Source of the DNA: a virus
Virus record (IMG/VR): IMGVR_UViG_3300035183_001487
Span: 3,781-67,780 of that record
Direction: 5' to 3' (one strand)
DNA length: 64,000 bases
Under the pieces are notes generated by a model. That model saw only the letters and a list, made by a program, of their open reading frames with translations, searched no databases and was not told the DNA's origin. Positions 54,489 through 63,535 of the stretch are shown here, in pieces. The first letter of the stretch is position 1. Each line of letters opens with the position of its first letter. The position numbers and the translations under genes were made by a program.

Positions 54489-56284
54489 GGCTTGCCCTTG
54501 GCGGCGATGGCGGCGTCGAGCGCGTGGGCGCGGCCGGCCCAGATCGCGGCGACATCACCCATGCCCTTCGCGTGCGTGTAGAGCGCCGCCTTCTTGCAGA
54601 CCGTCGCTGCCTTCTTCAGGTCGGCGTCGGCCACCATCCCCAGCCCAGCACCGCCAGCATTGATCATGTGGGCGATGGTCCCGCCGTGGGTGACACCGAC
54701 CCCCGTGGCCTCCTTCATCAGCTCGCCCCAGTTGAGGCTTGCCCACTTCGGGTTGGCCTTGGGCGCCGCCGCGGCTTCGGCCTCCTTCTTCTCGCTGATG
54801 GAATCGAGGGCCTTGGCGCTGGCCAGCGCGTTGATCTTCCACTTGTTGATGGTCCCAGTCCACGATGCCGCTTCTTCGGCATCGCCCTGCGCATACCACC
54901 CATCCTGGATCGAGGTCGCAAGGTCCACCATCTTCTCGGCGGTCTTGTTCATCTCGTAGAGTTCGGATTCGGTCTTGGTGGCGGCCAGCTCGGGCGACGT
55001 AGGCCAGAACCCGAGCCACCCGTTGGAAGCAACATCGTTGTTCCAGGCCGTCCACTCGCTCAGTTTGGCGGCAAGGGCAGGGTCCTTTTTCGTGCTCACG
55101 ATGGAGTCGTCCTGCGCACCGCCCAGTAGTTGGTTCGCCAGCTGGTAGTGCGCATGTGCAAGGGCTTGATGGAACGGCTGGAGTTCTTTCGCCGCCGGGG
55201 GGTAGGCCTCAATCGGGGCCACGCCGCCCAGCGAGGAGTGCGCGACGCTCGCCTTGGCATGGAGCTTCGCGGCCTCCGCGGTCCCCTCGGGGGTCCCCTT
55301 CATCTGGTACCCGTAGGCGTTGAGGCTGATGTTGGTCGCCGCGGCCGCCGGGCCTTCGTCACCCGCCTTCTTCGCCAAGAGGACGGCTAGGCCAGCGGCC
55401 TTGGCGGCCTTGTCGTTCTGGTCGGTGGCTTTGGCCAGGAGATCCTTCGCGGTGGCGACGTGGATCATGTCCACATCGGGTTCCTTGGCTGGCGTGCCGT
55501 GCGTCTGTTCCAGCCAGTGGATCGGGGCGTTGTCGTGCTTGACGTACCCCTTGCCCGCCTTCGACGCAGCGAGCTTCCCGGCGAACGCCTGGGCCTCCTG
55601 GAAGGTCGCGTCCTTGACCTTGGCCTCCTGGATCTGCGGCTTCCCCGTCTTCCCGTAGGCCGTCAGCACGCTGAACTTCCCGTTCGGCTGCTTGTGGATC
55701 TCGATGGTGTAGGTCTTGTCATGGCCTGGGAGGGTATTGCGCAGCTGCCAGACCTGCTGGACCGTCAGGTTGTTGGGCGTCCACGTCCCGCCCAGCGGGT
55801 TCGGCGCTGGTTCCGGCGCGTGGGCTGGTGCCGGCGCGGCAGGCGGCTCGGGTTTCGGCGGGGGCGGGGCAGCAGCCTTCGGCGCCGCGGCGCCCGGGCC
55901 GCCCTCGAGGTGGGCGTGGACCTTGGCGGCGTCCTCGGTGCTGGCGAAGTGCAGGTGGTCGTAGGCCCCGGTTCGGCCATGGTGGTTCGCGCCGGCGCGG
56001 CGGGCCTTCGTGACCTTCACGCCCAGGCTGTCGGCCACCTGCTTGATGGCCTTGGCGTCGTGGGCGTCGGTGGCCCGGATGTAGGCCCCCTCCTTGGCGT
56101 GCACGCCCAGGGCCGACCGCTGGTGGAGGGACGCCTCGGGGTGTTCGCCGTGGACCTTGTTGTCGTACTCGTGGATGTAGACGACCTTGCCGCCCTGGAC
56201 CCGGTAGTGGGACTTGACGTGGGCCTTGAGCAGAAGCCGCCCCAGGATGGCTCGGATTTCCATGCGCGCTCCGGTAGGCCTCAT
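54485..56284 (-). CDS. WGR-domain probable virion internal protein
   Basis: HDKTYTIEI...VLTAYGKTG...EA......ASKAGKGY; N-terminus paralogous to 31367-33553. Confidence 0.7.
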   Translation of the reverse strand: MRPTGARMEIRAILGRLLLKAHVKSHYRVQGGKVVYIHEYDNKVHGEHPEASLHQRSALGVHAKEGAYIRATDAHDAKAIKQVADSLGVKVTKARRAGANHHGRTGAYDHLHFASTEDAAKVHAHLEGGPGAAAPKAAAPPPPKPEPPAAPAPAHAPEPAPNPLGGTWTPNNLTVQQVWQLRNTLPGHDKTYTIEIHKQPNGKFSVLTAYGKTGKPQIQEAKVKDATFQEAQAFAGKLAASKAGKGYVKHDNAPIHWLEQTHGTPAKEPDVDMIHVATAKDLLAKATDQNDKAAKAAGLAVLLAKKAGDEGPAAAATNISLNAYGYQMKGTPEGTAEAAKLHAKASVAHSSLGGVAPIEAYPPAAKELQPFHQALAHAHYQLANQLLGGAQDDSIVSTKKDPALAAKLSEWTAWNNDVASNGWLGFWPTSPELAATKTESELYEMNKTAEKMVDLATSIQDGWYAQGDAEEAASWTGTINKWKINALASAKALDSISEKKEAEAAAAPKANPKWASLNWGELMKEATGVGVTHGGTIAHMINAGGAGLGMVADADLKKAATVCKKAALYTHAKGMGDVAAIWAGRAHALDAAIAAKGKP

Positions 56285-56322
56285 GGTGATTCCCCCTCCG
56301 GGCGCCCTCGTCATGGGGTCCC

Positions 56323-56347
56323 CACTATCCCCGGGGGGTTGCCAGCC
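56323..56347 (-). promoter_or_regulatory. Putative late promoter motif
   Basis: GGCTGGCAACCCCCCGGGGATAGTG, 24/25 identical to 33620-33644. Confidence 0.65.
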
Positions 56348-56388
56348 CCACAGAACCAAGCGCCCGCGCAGGGGGTGAGGATGGCCCC

Positions 56389-57213
56389 GTGGCCGCTACC
56401 TGGAAGACCTTCCTGCTCGTGCCCCTCGCCATCGGGGGAGCCGCGGAGCTGACCGCCGAGGTCGTGCCCCCGGCGGGGGCCACGCTGACCGCGGTGCGGG
56501 CCCTGGTGGGCGCCGCACCCGCCGCGGACCAAGACGACCCCACCCTGGCTCCGGTGGATCTCCCGGTCGCGCCGATGGAGACCGTCATCGCCTGGAAGCT
56601 CCCGGCATCCGATGCCCAGGTGGTGTCCTGGTTCGCAGAGTTCTCCCCCGGGGGCTGGCAGGCCGGCCCGGTGGTGGAGGGTGTGGACCTGCGCCCGGGC
56701 TTCGACACCGACCTGAACGCCCCCCTCCGGTGGTTCCTGGACCGGCTGAAGGGGCTTCACGCCGCCTCCCCCTTCCTGCCGGATGGCCGCTTCGAGTTCC
56801 GGGAGGCCTACCCCCGGGACGTGAACGGCTTCCCCCTCGGGGCCGTGCTGGTGAACCAGATCTCCCCCCTCCCGGGGCCCCTGAACGACATGGAGGGCGT
56901 GGATGGGCCCCAGGTCGGAGACCTGCGCCGCTATGGCCGCATCCACCACGTGCAGATGTCCTGCCGGGCCTGGTTCGCCACCCCCGAGGAGCGGATCCTC
57001 GGCTTCAACTGGCTGGTGAAGCACATCCCGATCATCGCCTTCTTCTCGTCCAAGGCCGGGTTCATGGAGCCGACTTGGCATGTAGTGCAAGAAGAGGACT
57101 TCGAGTCCTTCGGCGTGCCCACCTTCATTGCCCAGGCCACCTTCGAGGCCGACATCCACTGCACCTTTTCCACGTCCATCCGTACCGGCTATGGCCGGGT
57201 TCTTGTCAGCTAA
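56389..57213 (+). CDS. Probable tail completion/terminator protein
   Basis: Directly before sheath; AYP...FP...V pattern. Confidence 0.5.
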   Translation: MAATWKTFLLVPLAIGGAAELTAEVVPPAGATLTAVRALVGAAPAADQDDPTLAPVDLPVAPMETVIAWKLPASDAQVVSWFAEFSPGGWQAGPVVEGVDLRPGFDTDLNAPLRWFLDRLKGLHAASPFLPDGRFEFREAYPRDVNGFPLGAVLVNQISPLPGPLNDMEGVDGPQVGDLRRYGRIHHVQMSCRAWFATPEERILGFNWLVKHIPIIAFFSSKAGFMEPTWHVVQEEDFESFGVPTFIAQATFEADIHCTFSTSIRTGYGRVLVS

Positions 57214-57222
57214 GGAGGTCCC

Positions 57223-59352
57223 ATGCCTGGTCTGGTCGGCATCAACGTTGACGGCGCCTACGTCGTGCGCCCCGGCGTCTACCCCACCATCGACGCCTCG
57301 GAGATGGTGCCCACCCGCCCCGCCCTCGGCGGGCCCGTCGCCATCGCCAGCCCGGCGGATGGCGGCGTCCCGGGCGAGACCTACATGTTCCGGTCCTTCG
57401 CGGCGGCCCAGGCGGTCATCCGCGGCGGCGCGGTCCTGAGCTTCCTCAGCCGCATCTTCCGGCCCTCGGGCTCCCGGCCCGGCGCCTCCACGGTCTACTG
57501 GACGCGCATCGGCGCGCCCACCCAGGCCACGGCCTCTCTGGCCGGCATGGACTTCACGTCCGTGGACTACGGCCGCCACACGAACGGCATCAGCATCGCC
57601 GTCGCCAGCGTGGGCGAGGCCGCCGCGGTCGCCGCGTCCAACACGCTGACCTCGGACGGCACGGCTCCGGCCGACGGCGCGACCGTCACCATCGGCGCCA
57701 AGACCTACACCTTCAAGACGGCGCTCACGCCGACGGAGGGCGAGGTCCTGATCGGCGGCTCGGCTGCGACCGCCCTCGCAAACCTGAAGTCCGCCATCAA
57801 CCACACGGGCGTCCCGGACACGGACTACAAGTGCGCCGCCGCGCACCCCACCGTCTCGGCTGGCACCCTGACGGCCACGACCCTCGCGGTCGCGGCCCTC
57901 ACGCCCGGCACCGCTGGGAATTCCATCGCCACCACGGAGACCTCCACGCACCTGTCCTGGGGCTCCGCCACCCTCACGGGCGGGACGGCGGCCGTGCTGC
58001 CGACCTGGACGGTGACCATCCGCAAGCGCATCGACAAGTTCACCCGCGCCATCAGCGTGGGCCGGGCCCTGGAGGTCAAGAGCACGGCGACCTCGCCGAA
58101 GGTGGTTTTCGACCACGCGGCGAAGCAGGTCCTGCAGTACGAAAACGGCACCGTCGTGGCGACGCTCGACTACCCCTCGGACGCGGTCACGATCTCCAAC
58201 GTGGCAGCCTTCCTCTCGGCGCGCTCCGGCTGGACGGCCAGGGTCAAGAGCGGCGGCGACCCCTCCATGCCGGCGCGCTACATGGACAACCCGGTCCTGG
58301 GTTCGGCGGTGGTGATCTCCGCGACGGACTGGACCGAGCTGCAGGCCTGCCAGGGCCAGCTGGTCTGGAAGCTCGCCAACGGTGGCCTGCAGGTGACCGC
58401 CGTGGAAACGGCGACCGGGACCTACGACGTGCTCTCGGAGGTCGCCGAGACCTACCTCACCGGCGGCACCGGGACGGCCAACGACACCTTCGTCTCGCAG
58501 GACTGGAGCGACGGCCTGGCCCTGCTCGAGACGGTGCCGGCGCGGCATCTCTTCCTGCCCAGCGCCGATCCGACCGTCCAGACCCTCGGCCTGAACCACT
58601 GCATCGACCTCGCGGCCGTCACGCGCAAGCGGTGGCGGGCCTTCTACACGGGCGGGCTCCCCGGCGAGACCTACGAGGACGCCGCTGCCGCCGCCGTCAC
58701 CTTCGACGGACCCTGCGTCTACGCCTGGAACGGGACCGAGGACGGGAACCCGATCTCCGGGCTCCGCGAGAACCTCGGCGGCCTCGGGACGGCGGCGCAG
58801 ATCTGCGGTCTGGCCGCGGGCTCCTATTCCAGCGAGCCGCTGACCAACAAGCAGGTCCGGGCGTCCAGCCTGGAAGTGGCGAACCCCTCGGACGAGGTGG
58901 TGGACACCCTCCTGGTGGCCGGCGTCACGCCCATTGCCCCGGACCCCACCACCGGCGCGGCGACCATCGTCCAGGCCATCACGACCTACCAGGGCGGCCC
59001 CAACGTCATGTTCCGCAAGCTCCAGGGCCTGCTGATCCAGTTCGACATCCTGTACGGCTGGCAGGCGATCCTGTCGGACTTCGTGGGCCAGCCGCTGGAC
59101 CTCGAAACCGCCGAGAAGATCAAGGCGCGGTGCGCGAAGTTCCTGGACGCCATCACCCGCAGCCCGCAGAACCCGGGCGGCGTCCTCACCAAGGGGTACG
59201 CCAACGGCGACGAGCTTCCGGCCTGGGAGGACCTCACGGTCGAGGGCGACGGCATCGACTCCTGGGACATCCGGGTCAACGCGCACCCCGTGGGCGAGAC
59301 GGCCTACATCCCGGTCAAGACCAAGCTCACCCCGCAGAAGTTCTCGCTCTGA
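57223..59352 (+). CDS. Tail sheath protein
   Basis: VRPGVY, LTGGT repeats, DWSDGLALLE, EPLTNK, LLVAGVTPI, IVQAITT. Confidence 0.9.
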   Translation: MPGLVGINVDGAYVVRPGVYPTIDASEMVPTRPALGGPVAIASPADGGVPGETYMFRSFAAAQAVIRGGAVLSFLSRIFRPSGSRPGASTVYWTRIGAPTQATASLAGMDFTSVDYGRHTNGISIAVASVGEAAAVAASNTLTSDGTAPADGATVTIGAKTYTFKTALTPTEGEVLIGGSAATALANLKSAINHTGVPDTDYKCAAAHPTVSAGTLTATTLAVAALTPGTAGNSIATTETSTHLSWGSATLTGGTAAVLPTWTVTIRKRIDKFTRAISVGRALEVKSTATSPKVVFDHAAKQVLQYENGTVVATLDYPSDAVTISNVAAFLSARSGWTARVKSGGDPSMPARYMDNPVLGSAVVISATDWTELQACQGQLVWKLANGGLQVTAVETATGTYDVLSEVAETYLTGGTGTANDTFVSQDWSDGLALLETVPARHLFLPSADPTVQTLGLNHCIDLAAVTRKRWRAFYTGGLPGETYEDAAAAAVTFDGPCVYAWNGTEDGNPISGLRENLGGLGTAAQICGLAAGSYSSEPLTNKQVRASSLEVANPSDEVVDTLLVAGVTPIAPDPTTGAATIVQAITTYQGGPNVMFRKLQGLLIQFDILYGWQAILSDFVGQPLDLETAEKIKARCAKFLDAITRSPQNPGGVLTKGYANGDELPAWEDLTVEGDGIDSWDIRVNAHPVGETAYIPVKTKLTPQKFSL

Positions 59353-59385
59353 TCGCCATCGCGCATCGCGTAAAGGAGGCAGGCC

Positions 59386-59802
59386 ATGGCTAACCGTAAC
59401 GAAGCCCAGGTGATCGGCGGCCATACCGCCATCATCCAGATCGACGGCCAGAACGTCGGATTCATGCAGGGCGTCACCTGGAACCGCGATTTCGGCGTGC
59501 AGCCTGTCCGCGTGCTCGGCACCATCGAGCACCAGGAGCATCAGCAGACCGACTACGCCATCACCGGGGAGATCAACAAGCACTACCTCCGGAGGAACCT
59601 GGGCGAGGATTCCAAACTGGATTCCCGGACTGCGGCCCAGCTCGTCAGGACTGGTACCTTCGACCTCGTGGTGCTGGACGACGTCACGAAGAAGCCGATC
59701 CAGGTCCTAGAGGGCTGCACGCTGCGCGGCGACTCCTCGGGCGTGCAGGTCGGCCAGCTCACCACGAAGCGCTTCACCTTCCAGGCGCTCCGCACTCGCT
59801 GA
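59386..59802 (+). CDS. Tail tube protein
   Basis: Follows sheath; IDGQNVGFMQ...FGVQPV..LG...FDLVVLD...LEGC. Confidence 0.85.
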   Translation: MANRNEAQVIGGHTAIIQIDGQNVGFMQGVTWNRDFGVQPVRVLGTIEHQEHQQTDYAITGEINKHYLRRNLGEDSKLDSRTAAQLVRTGTFDLVVLDDVTKKPIQVLEGCTLRGDSSGVQVGQLTTKRFTFQALRTR

Positions 59803-59810
59803 GGTAGAAC

Positions 59811-60239
59811 ATGAGCATCACCGACCCCGTCCTCGCCGCCGCCGCCGGGCTGGACCCCAACATGGCGGAGTTCAGCGCCAGCGACATCTTCAAGGCCCCG
59901 ACCTTCACCTACGACTTCAAGAGCCCGGCTTTCCCGGTGCTGAACGGCCCCGTGGTGATGAAGTACCCCACCATCGGGGACGCCGTGGAGATCGAGCGCG
60001 TCATGCGCCTGTACGGCGGCGGGCCGGTGGCCGAGGTCTTCGCCACCGCGCGGGTCCTGGTGCAGCGCGCGCCCTCCAGCTGGTACCGGCGGGAGTCGGA
60101 GACCCAGCCCCCCGTGCTGGTTGTGGACCTGATCCCGGACCCCGATGGCCTGCGCGACATGGTCGTGGCCTTCGACCGCTGGAGGTCGTCTTTTCGATCT
60201 GGTGGCGCTGGAGAGGGTGTGGGACGCGCCGCAGGCTGA
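59811..60239 (+). CDS. Tail assembly chaperone
   Basis: Follows tube; MKYPTIGD..IE; candidate shift site TCT TTT CGA. Confidence 0.7.
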   Translation: MSITDPVLAAAAGLDPNMAEFSASDIFKAPTFTYDFKSPAFPVLNGPVVMKYPTIGDAVEIERVMRLYGGGPVAEVFATARVLVQRAPSSWYRRESETQPPVLVVDLIPDPDGLRDMVVAFDRWRSSFRSGGAGEGVGRAAG

Positions 60240-60471
60240 CATCGCCCTGCTCTGGGCGGGGTCGAGGGCCCTGGGCCTCCACCCCTGGCACCCCGAGGCC
60301 CTCAACCGCACGGCCTACCAGCTCACCTGGGCTGTCCTGCTGGCGAAGCGCGAGGAGGGGGAGGATCCCTTGGAGACCCGGAACAAGCACCGACAGCAGC
60401 GCCTGGATGAGCAGGCGGGCGAGCTGGTGGCCTGGGCCGATGCGCACGTGACCAAGTGGAGGGGGCTGTGA
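60193..60471 (+). CDS. +1 frame extension of tail assembly chaperone
   Basis: GC3-biased +1 frame starting at the shift site, no clear RBS. Confidence 0.55.
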   Translation, partial: FDLVALERVWDAPQADIALLWAGSRALGLHPWHPEALNRTAYQLTWAVLLAKREEGEDPLETRNKHRQQRLDEQAGELVAWADAHVTKWRGL

Positions 60472-61073
60472 TCGTCCAGACCTTCGACGCCCTTCTCTCT
60501 GGACGGCTTGGAACCCGCCTCAGCTGGGAGCGGGCCCACCGCTGCCCGTGCACCGAGGAGTTCGGCGGCGCGGACGTGAGCTGCCCGGTGTGCCTCGGGA
60601 AGGGCCGGTACTGGGACACGCCCAGCGCCGATTTCCGGGCGGGCGTCGTGAGCCTCACGGCCCGGGCCCTGGCCGCCATGCAGATGCAGTTCGGCCCCGG
60701 CTTCGTGGGCGACGGGACCATCTCCCTGCCTTCGAACTGCCCGGCCTGGTTCGATGTGGGGGAGGGTGACCGCTTCCTCAGCCTGGACAACCAGGACTCT
60801 GTCGAGCAGGTGGTCGGCGCCGGCTCCGTGGTGAAGCTCCCCGCCGGCGCCGACGTCGTGTCGGCCTACATCCGGCAGGGCAGCACCCTCCAGGCCGTCA
60901 CGCCGCCCACGCCGGACGACCAGGGCCGGGTGACGGTGGCCCGGGCCACGGTGCTCGCCCTGCGGGTGCCCCGCCGCTACGAGGTGGTGCGCGCCATCCC
61001 CCAGATCCGCGGCTGGACGCCCGGGCTCCCCAAGAAGGTGCTCGTGCGCATGCTCGACGTCTCCACGAGGTGA
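60468..61073 (+). CDS. Virion neck/head-closure-like protein with Cys cluster
   Basis: WERAHRCPC...CPVCLGKG. Confidence 0.6.
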   Translation: MIVQTFDALLSGRLGTRLSWERAHRCPCTEEFGGADVSCPVCLGKGRYWDTPSADFRAGVVSLTARALAAMQMQFGPGFVGDGTISLPSNCPAWFDVGEGDRFLSLDNQDSVEQVVGAGSVVKLPAGADVVSAYIRQGSTLQAVTPPTPDDQGRVTVARATVLALRVPRRYEVVRAIPQIRGWTPGLPKKVLVRMLDVSTR

Positions 61074-61076
61074 TCC

Positions 61077-63431
61077 ATGGGTGTCGAGCGCAATCTGGAC
61101 GGCGGGCAGGTGATGAAGGGGTTCCTCTCGAACCTGCAGGAGAGCATCCGCGGGGCTTTCCAGGGGACCAGCTTCGGCACCGCCTCGGCTTCGGTCCAGG
61201 TGGACATCGATGTCAAGGACGCCAAGCTCAAGGCCACCGAGGAGGCCATGGACCGGCTGGCCCAGGCGGGGAAGTCCGGCACGCCCTACATGCCGTCCGC
61301 GGCGCCCAGCCCAGTGCCGAGCGTCCTACCCGAAGTCCCCCCGCTCTCGGGCTCGGATCTCGCCTGGCGGCGCTTCGACCTGGTGGAGCCGGGGCGGCAC
61401 CGCGCGCCCGTGGACTACGGCTCCCCGGATGCCCCGCCGCCGGGCCAAACGCCCGGGTCGCGGGCCAGCTCGCTCTGGTCCCAGATCAAGGAAGGCGGGG
61501 CCATCCACACGCTGCGGGAGGCCGGTCGGTTCGGCGGCTCCTGGCTGGGCGCCCTGCAGGGGGACGAGAAGGAGGAGGCCACCCGCTGGATGAGCCTGGG
61601 CGGGCGCCGGGAGGCCTTCCAGGCCTCGGAGTCCTTCGAGGGCATCGAGAAGGCGGGGCGGCGGGTCGCGGCCCTCTTCCGGGAGATCGAGAAGTTCGGG
61701 GAGAAGGCCCCGGAGTCCATCCGTGCGGCCGCGGAGATCGAGAAGCTGCGAGCCCGGATCGATGAACTGGCCTCCAGCGGGAAGGTCGCGGCGGACTCCC
61801 TCGGCGGGGCGGAGGGCGCCCGGGCCCGGGCTGAAATCGAGGCCGTTCAGCGCGCCGCTGGGGCCGGGAGCATGGCGCCCCCCCCGGACGAGCGTGGCGG
61901 CCTGGGGCTGCCCCACATCGGCGTTCGGGACCTCGGCTACATGGCCCGGGATCCCCTCGGGGCGGCGCGGAGCCTGGCCTCCCGGTCGATCCTGCAGGCC
62001 ATCATGCAGTCGGGGCTCTCCAAGGCCCTCCAGGCGCCCTCCCTGGCCGGCGCGGGCGGGGCCATGGAGGCCTTGGGTGGCGGGGCAGGGGGCGCAGCCG
62101 GAGTCGCGGGCCTCGGGGCCGGGGCGCTGGTCGCCGGGCTGGCCGCCGGCTGGAAGTTCAATTCCAGCCAGGCGAGCGACGCCGTCATGGACGCCGAGGG
62201 CAAGATCGCGGACGTCCGGGGCTCCCGGGCACTGGGCCGGGACTTCGACTTCCGGGGCCTGACTTGGAACCCGGACAGGATGCGCTTCCGTGAGGGCACG
62301 GGGCTCCTGAACGCCCGCGCCGCCTTCGGCGTGCTGGGCCAGATGGGGATCGGGACCGACAATTTCCAGGGCGGCGGGATGGAGGCCCTGCGCATGGCCG
62401 ACAGGATGCGCGTCTCCGCGCTGGACATGGGCGTGGACGAGGGGGCCCTGGCCTCCTTCGTCGGCACGTCCATGCGCTCCGGGGAGACGGGGCGCAGCGG
62501 CCAAGCCGTCACGTCCCTGCTGGCGCGGATCAGCGGGCTCATCGAGGAGGGCAACAAGGCCGGGGTCGCTACCAGCGAGAAGCTGGGCGTCCTGGCCTCC
62601 CTCCGCCAGCAGGAGCAGGCCGCGACGGGGTACGTGAGCGCCGAAAGCTCCCGGATCACCGACCTCATGTCCGCCCGGCTGGACGCCACTGGCGTGGCGG
62701 CCCTCCGCGGCCAGGCCGGCTTGGCGCCCATGCAGGCCCTGGCCCAGAACCAGAACCAGGAGTTCCGGGCCATGGCCCTCCAGCAGATGCTGGACGGCCG
62801 GGGCGGCCTGTCGGCAAGCGGGAAGGCCCTGGTGGATCGGTTCCTGGATCCCGAGACCCAGAAGCTGATGCGCGCCGGCGGGGCGGACTCCACCGCCATG
62901 GCCCAGGCCGTGCTTGAGAAGCCCGGGTTCCGCCAGCAGTTCGCCGAACGGTTCATGAAGGAGCACCCCGAGCTTTCGGGCTTCCAGATGCAGCACTTCC
63001 TGGGCCTGACCGGGCTGTCGGAAGCCCAGGCCTACTCGTTCATGGGCGCCCTTCGAACCGGGCGGGATCCCCGGTCCTCCACCGCCGCTGGCGGCGAGGC
63101 CCCGCGGCGCCGGACCAAGACCGACGACAACCTGGACATGCTGAAGAAGGAGGGTCTGGACGCCCTCACCATCCAGGGCGCCGCCGGCCTGCAAGTGGAG
63201 ATGCTGAAGACCACCCGGGAGTCCACGGAGCTGCTGAAGGTCATTGCGGCCAACACCGCGGCCAAGGGCGCGATTCAGGACGTCAAGGCCCAGGTGGCCG
63301 ATACGGTTTCCGCCACGGCTGCAGCCGTCGTGGACCCCAAGCAAGAGACGATCATGCAGGCGGCAGCGATGCTGGGCCCGCAGGGCGTCGGGATGCTCAT
63401 CGACCGGCTGCGCCAGGGCTCCCGGAAGTAG
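61077..63431 (+). CDS. Probable tape measure protein
   Basis: 784 aa Ala/Gly-rich helical protein with hydrophobic GAG stretch, downstream of chaperone. Confidence 0.65.
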   Translation: MGVERNLDGGQVMKGFLSNLQESIRGAFQGTSFGTASASVQVDIDVKDAKLKATEEAMDRLAQAGKSGTPYMPSAAPSPVPSVLPEVPPLSGSDLAWRRFDLVEPGRHRAPVDYGSPDAPPPGQTPGSRASSLWSQIKEGGAIHTLREAGRFGGSWLGALQGDEKEEATRWMSLGGRREAFQASESFEGIEKAGRRVAALFREIEKFGEKAPESIRAAAEIEKLRARIDELASSGKVAADSLGGAEGARARAEIEAVQRAAGAGSMAPPPDERGGLGLPHIGVRDLGYMARDPLGAARSLASRSILQAIMQSGLSKALQAPSLAGAGGAMEALGGGAGGAAGVAGLGAGALVAGLAAGWKFNSSQASDAVMDAEGKIADVRGSRALGRDFDFRGLTWNPDRMRFREGTGLLNARAAFGVLGQMGIGTDNFQGGGMEALRMADRMRVSALDMGVDEGALASFVGTSMRSGETGRSGQAVTSLLARISGLIEEGNKAGVATSEKLGVLASLRQQEQAATGYVSAESSRITDLMSARLDATGVAALRGQAGLAPMQALAQNQNQEFRAMALQQMLDGRGGLSASGKALVDRFLDPETQKLMRAGGADSTAMAQAVLEKPGFRQQFAERFMKEHPELSGFQMQHFLGLTGLSEAQAYSFMGALRTGRDPRSSTAAGGEAPRRRTKTDDNLDMLKKEGLDALTIQGAAGLQVEMLKTTRESTELLKVIAANTAAKGAIQDVKAQVADTVSATAAAVVDPKQETIMQAAAMLGPQGVGMLIDRLRQGSRK

Positions 63432-63434
63432 GGC

Positions 63435-63458
63435 ACGGGCAACCCCCCGGGGATAGCG
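63435..63458 (+). promoter_or_regulatory. Putative late promoter motif
   Basis: ACGGGCAACCCCCCGGGGATAGCG. Confidence 0.6.
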
Positions 63459-63535
63459 CCCAGCGCCCAGGGCGGGCCGGGCCCGCGCCTGGAGATGCTT
63501 GGGGGACCGACCGGCCTCTCTGCCTGGAGCCCACA

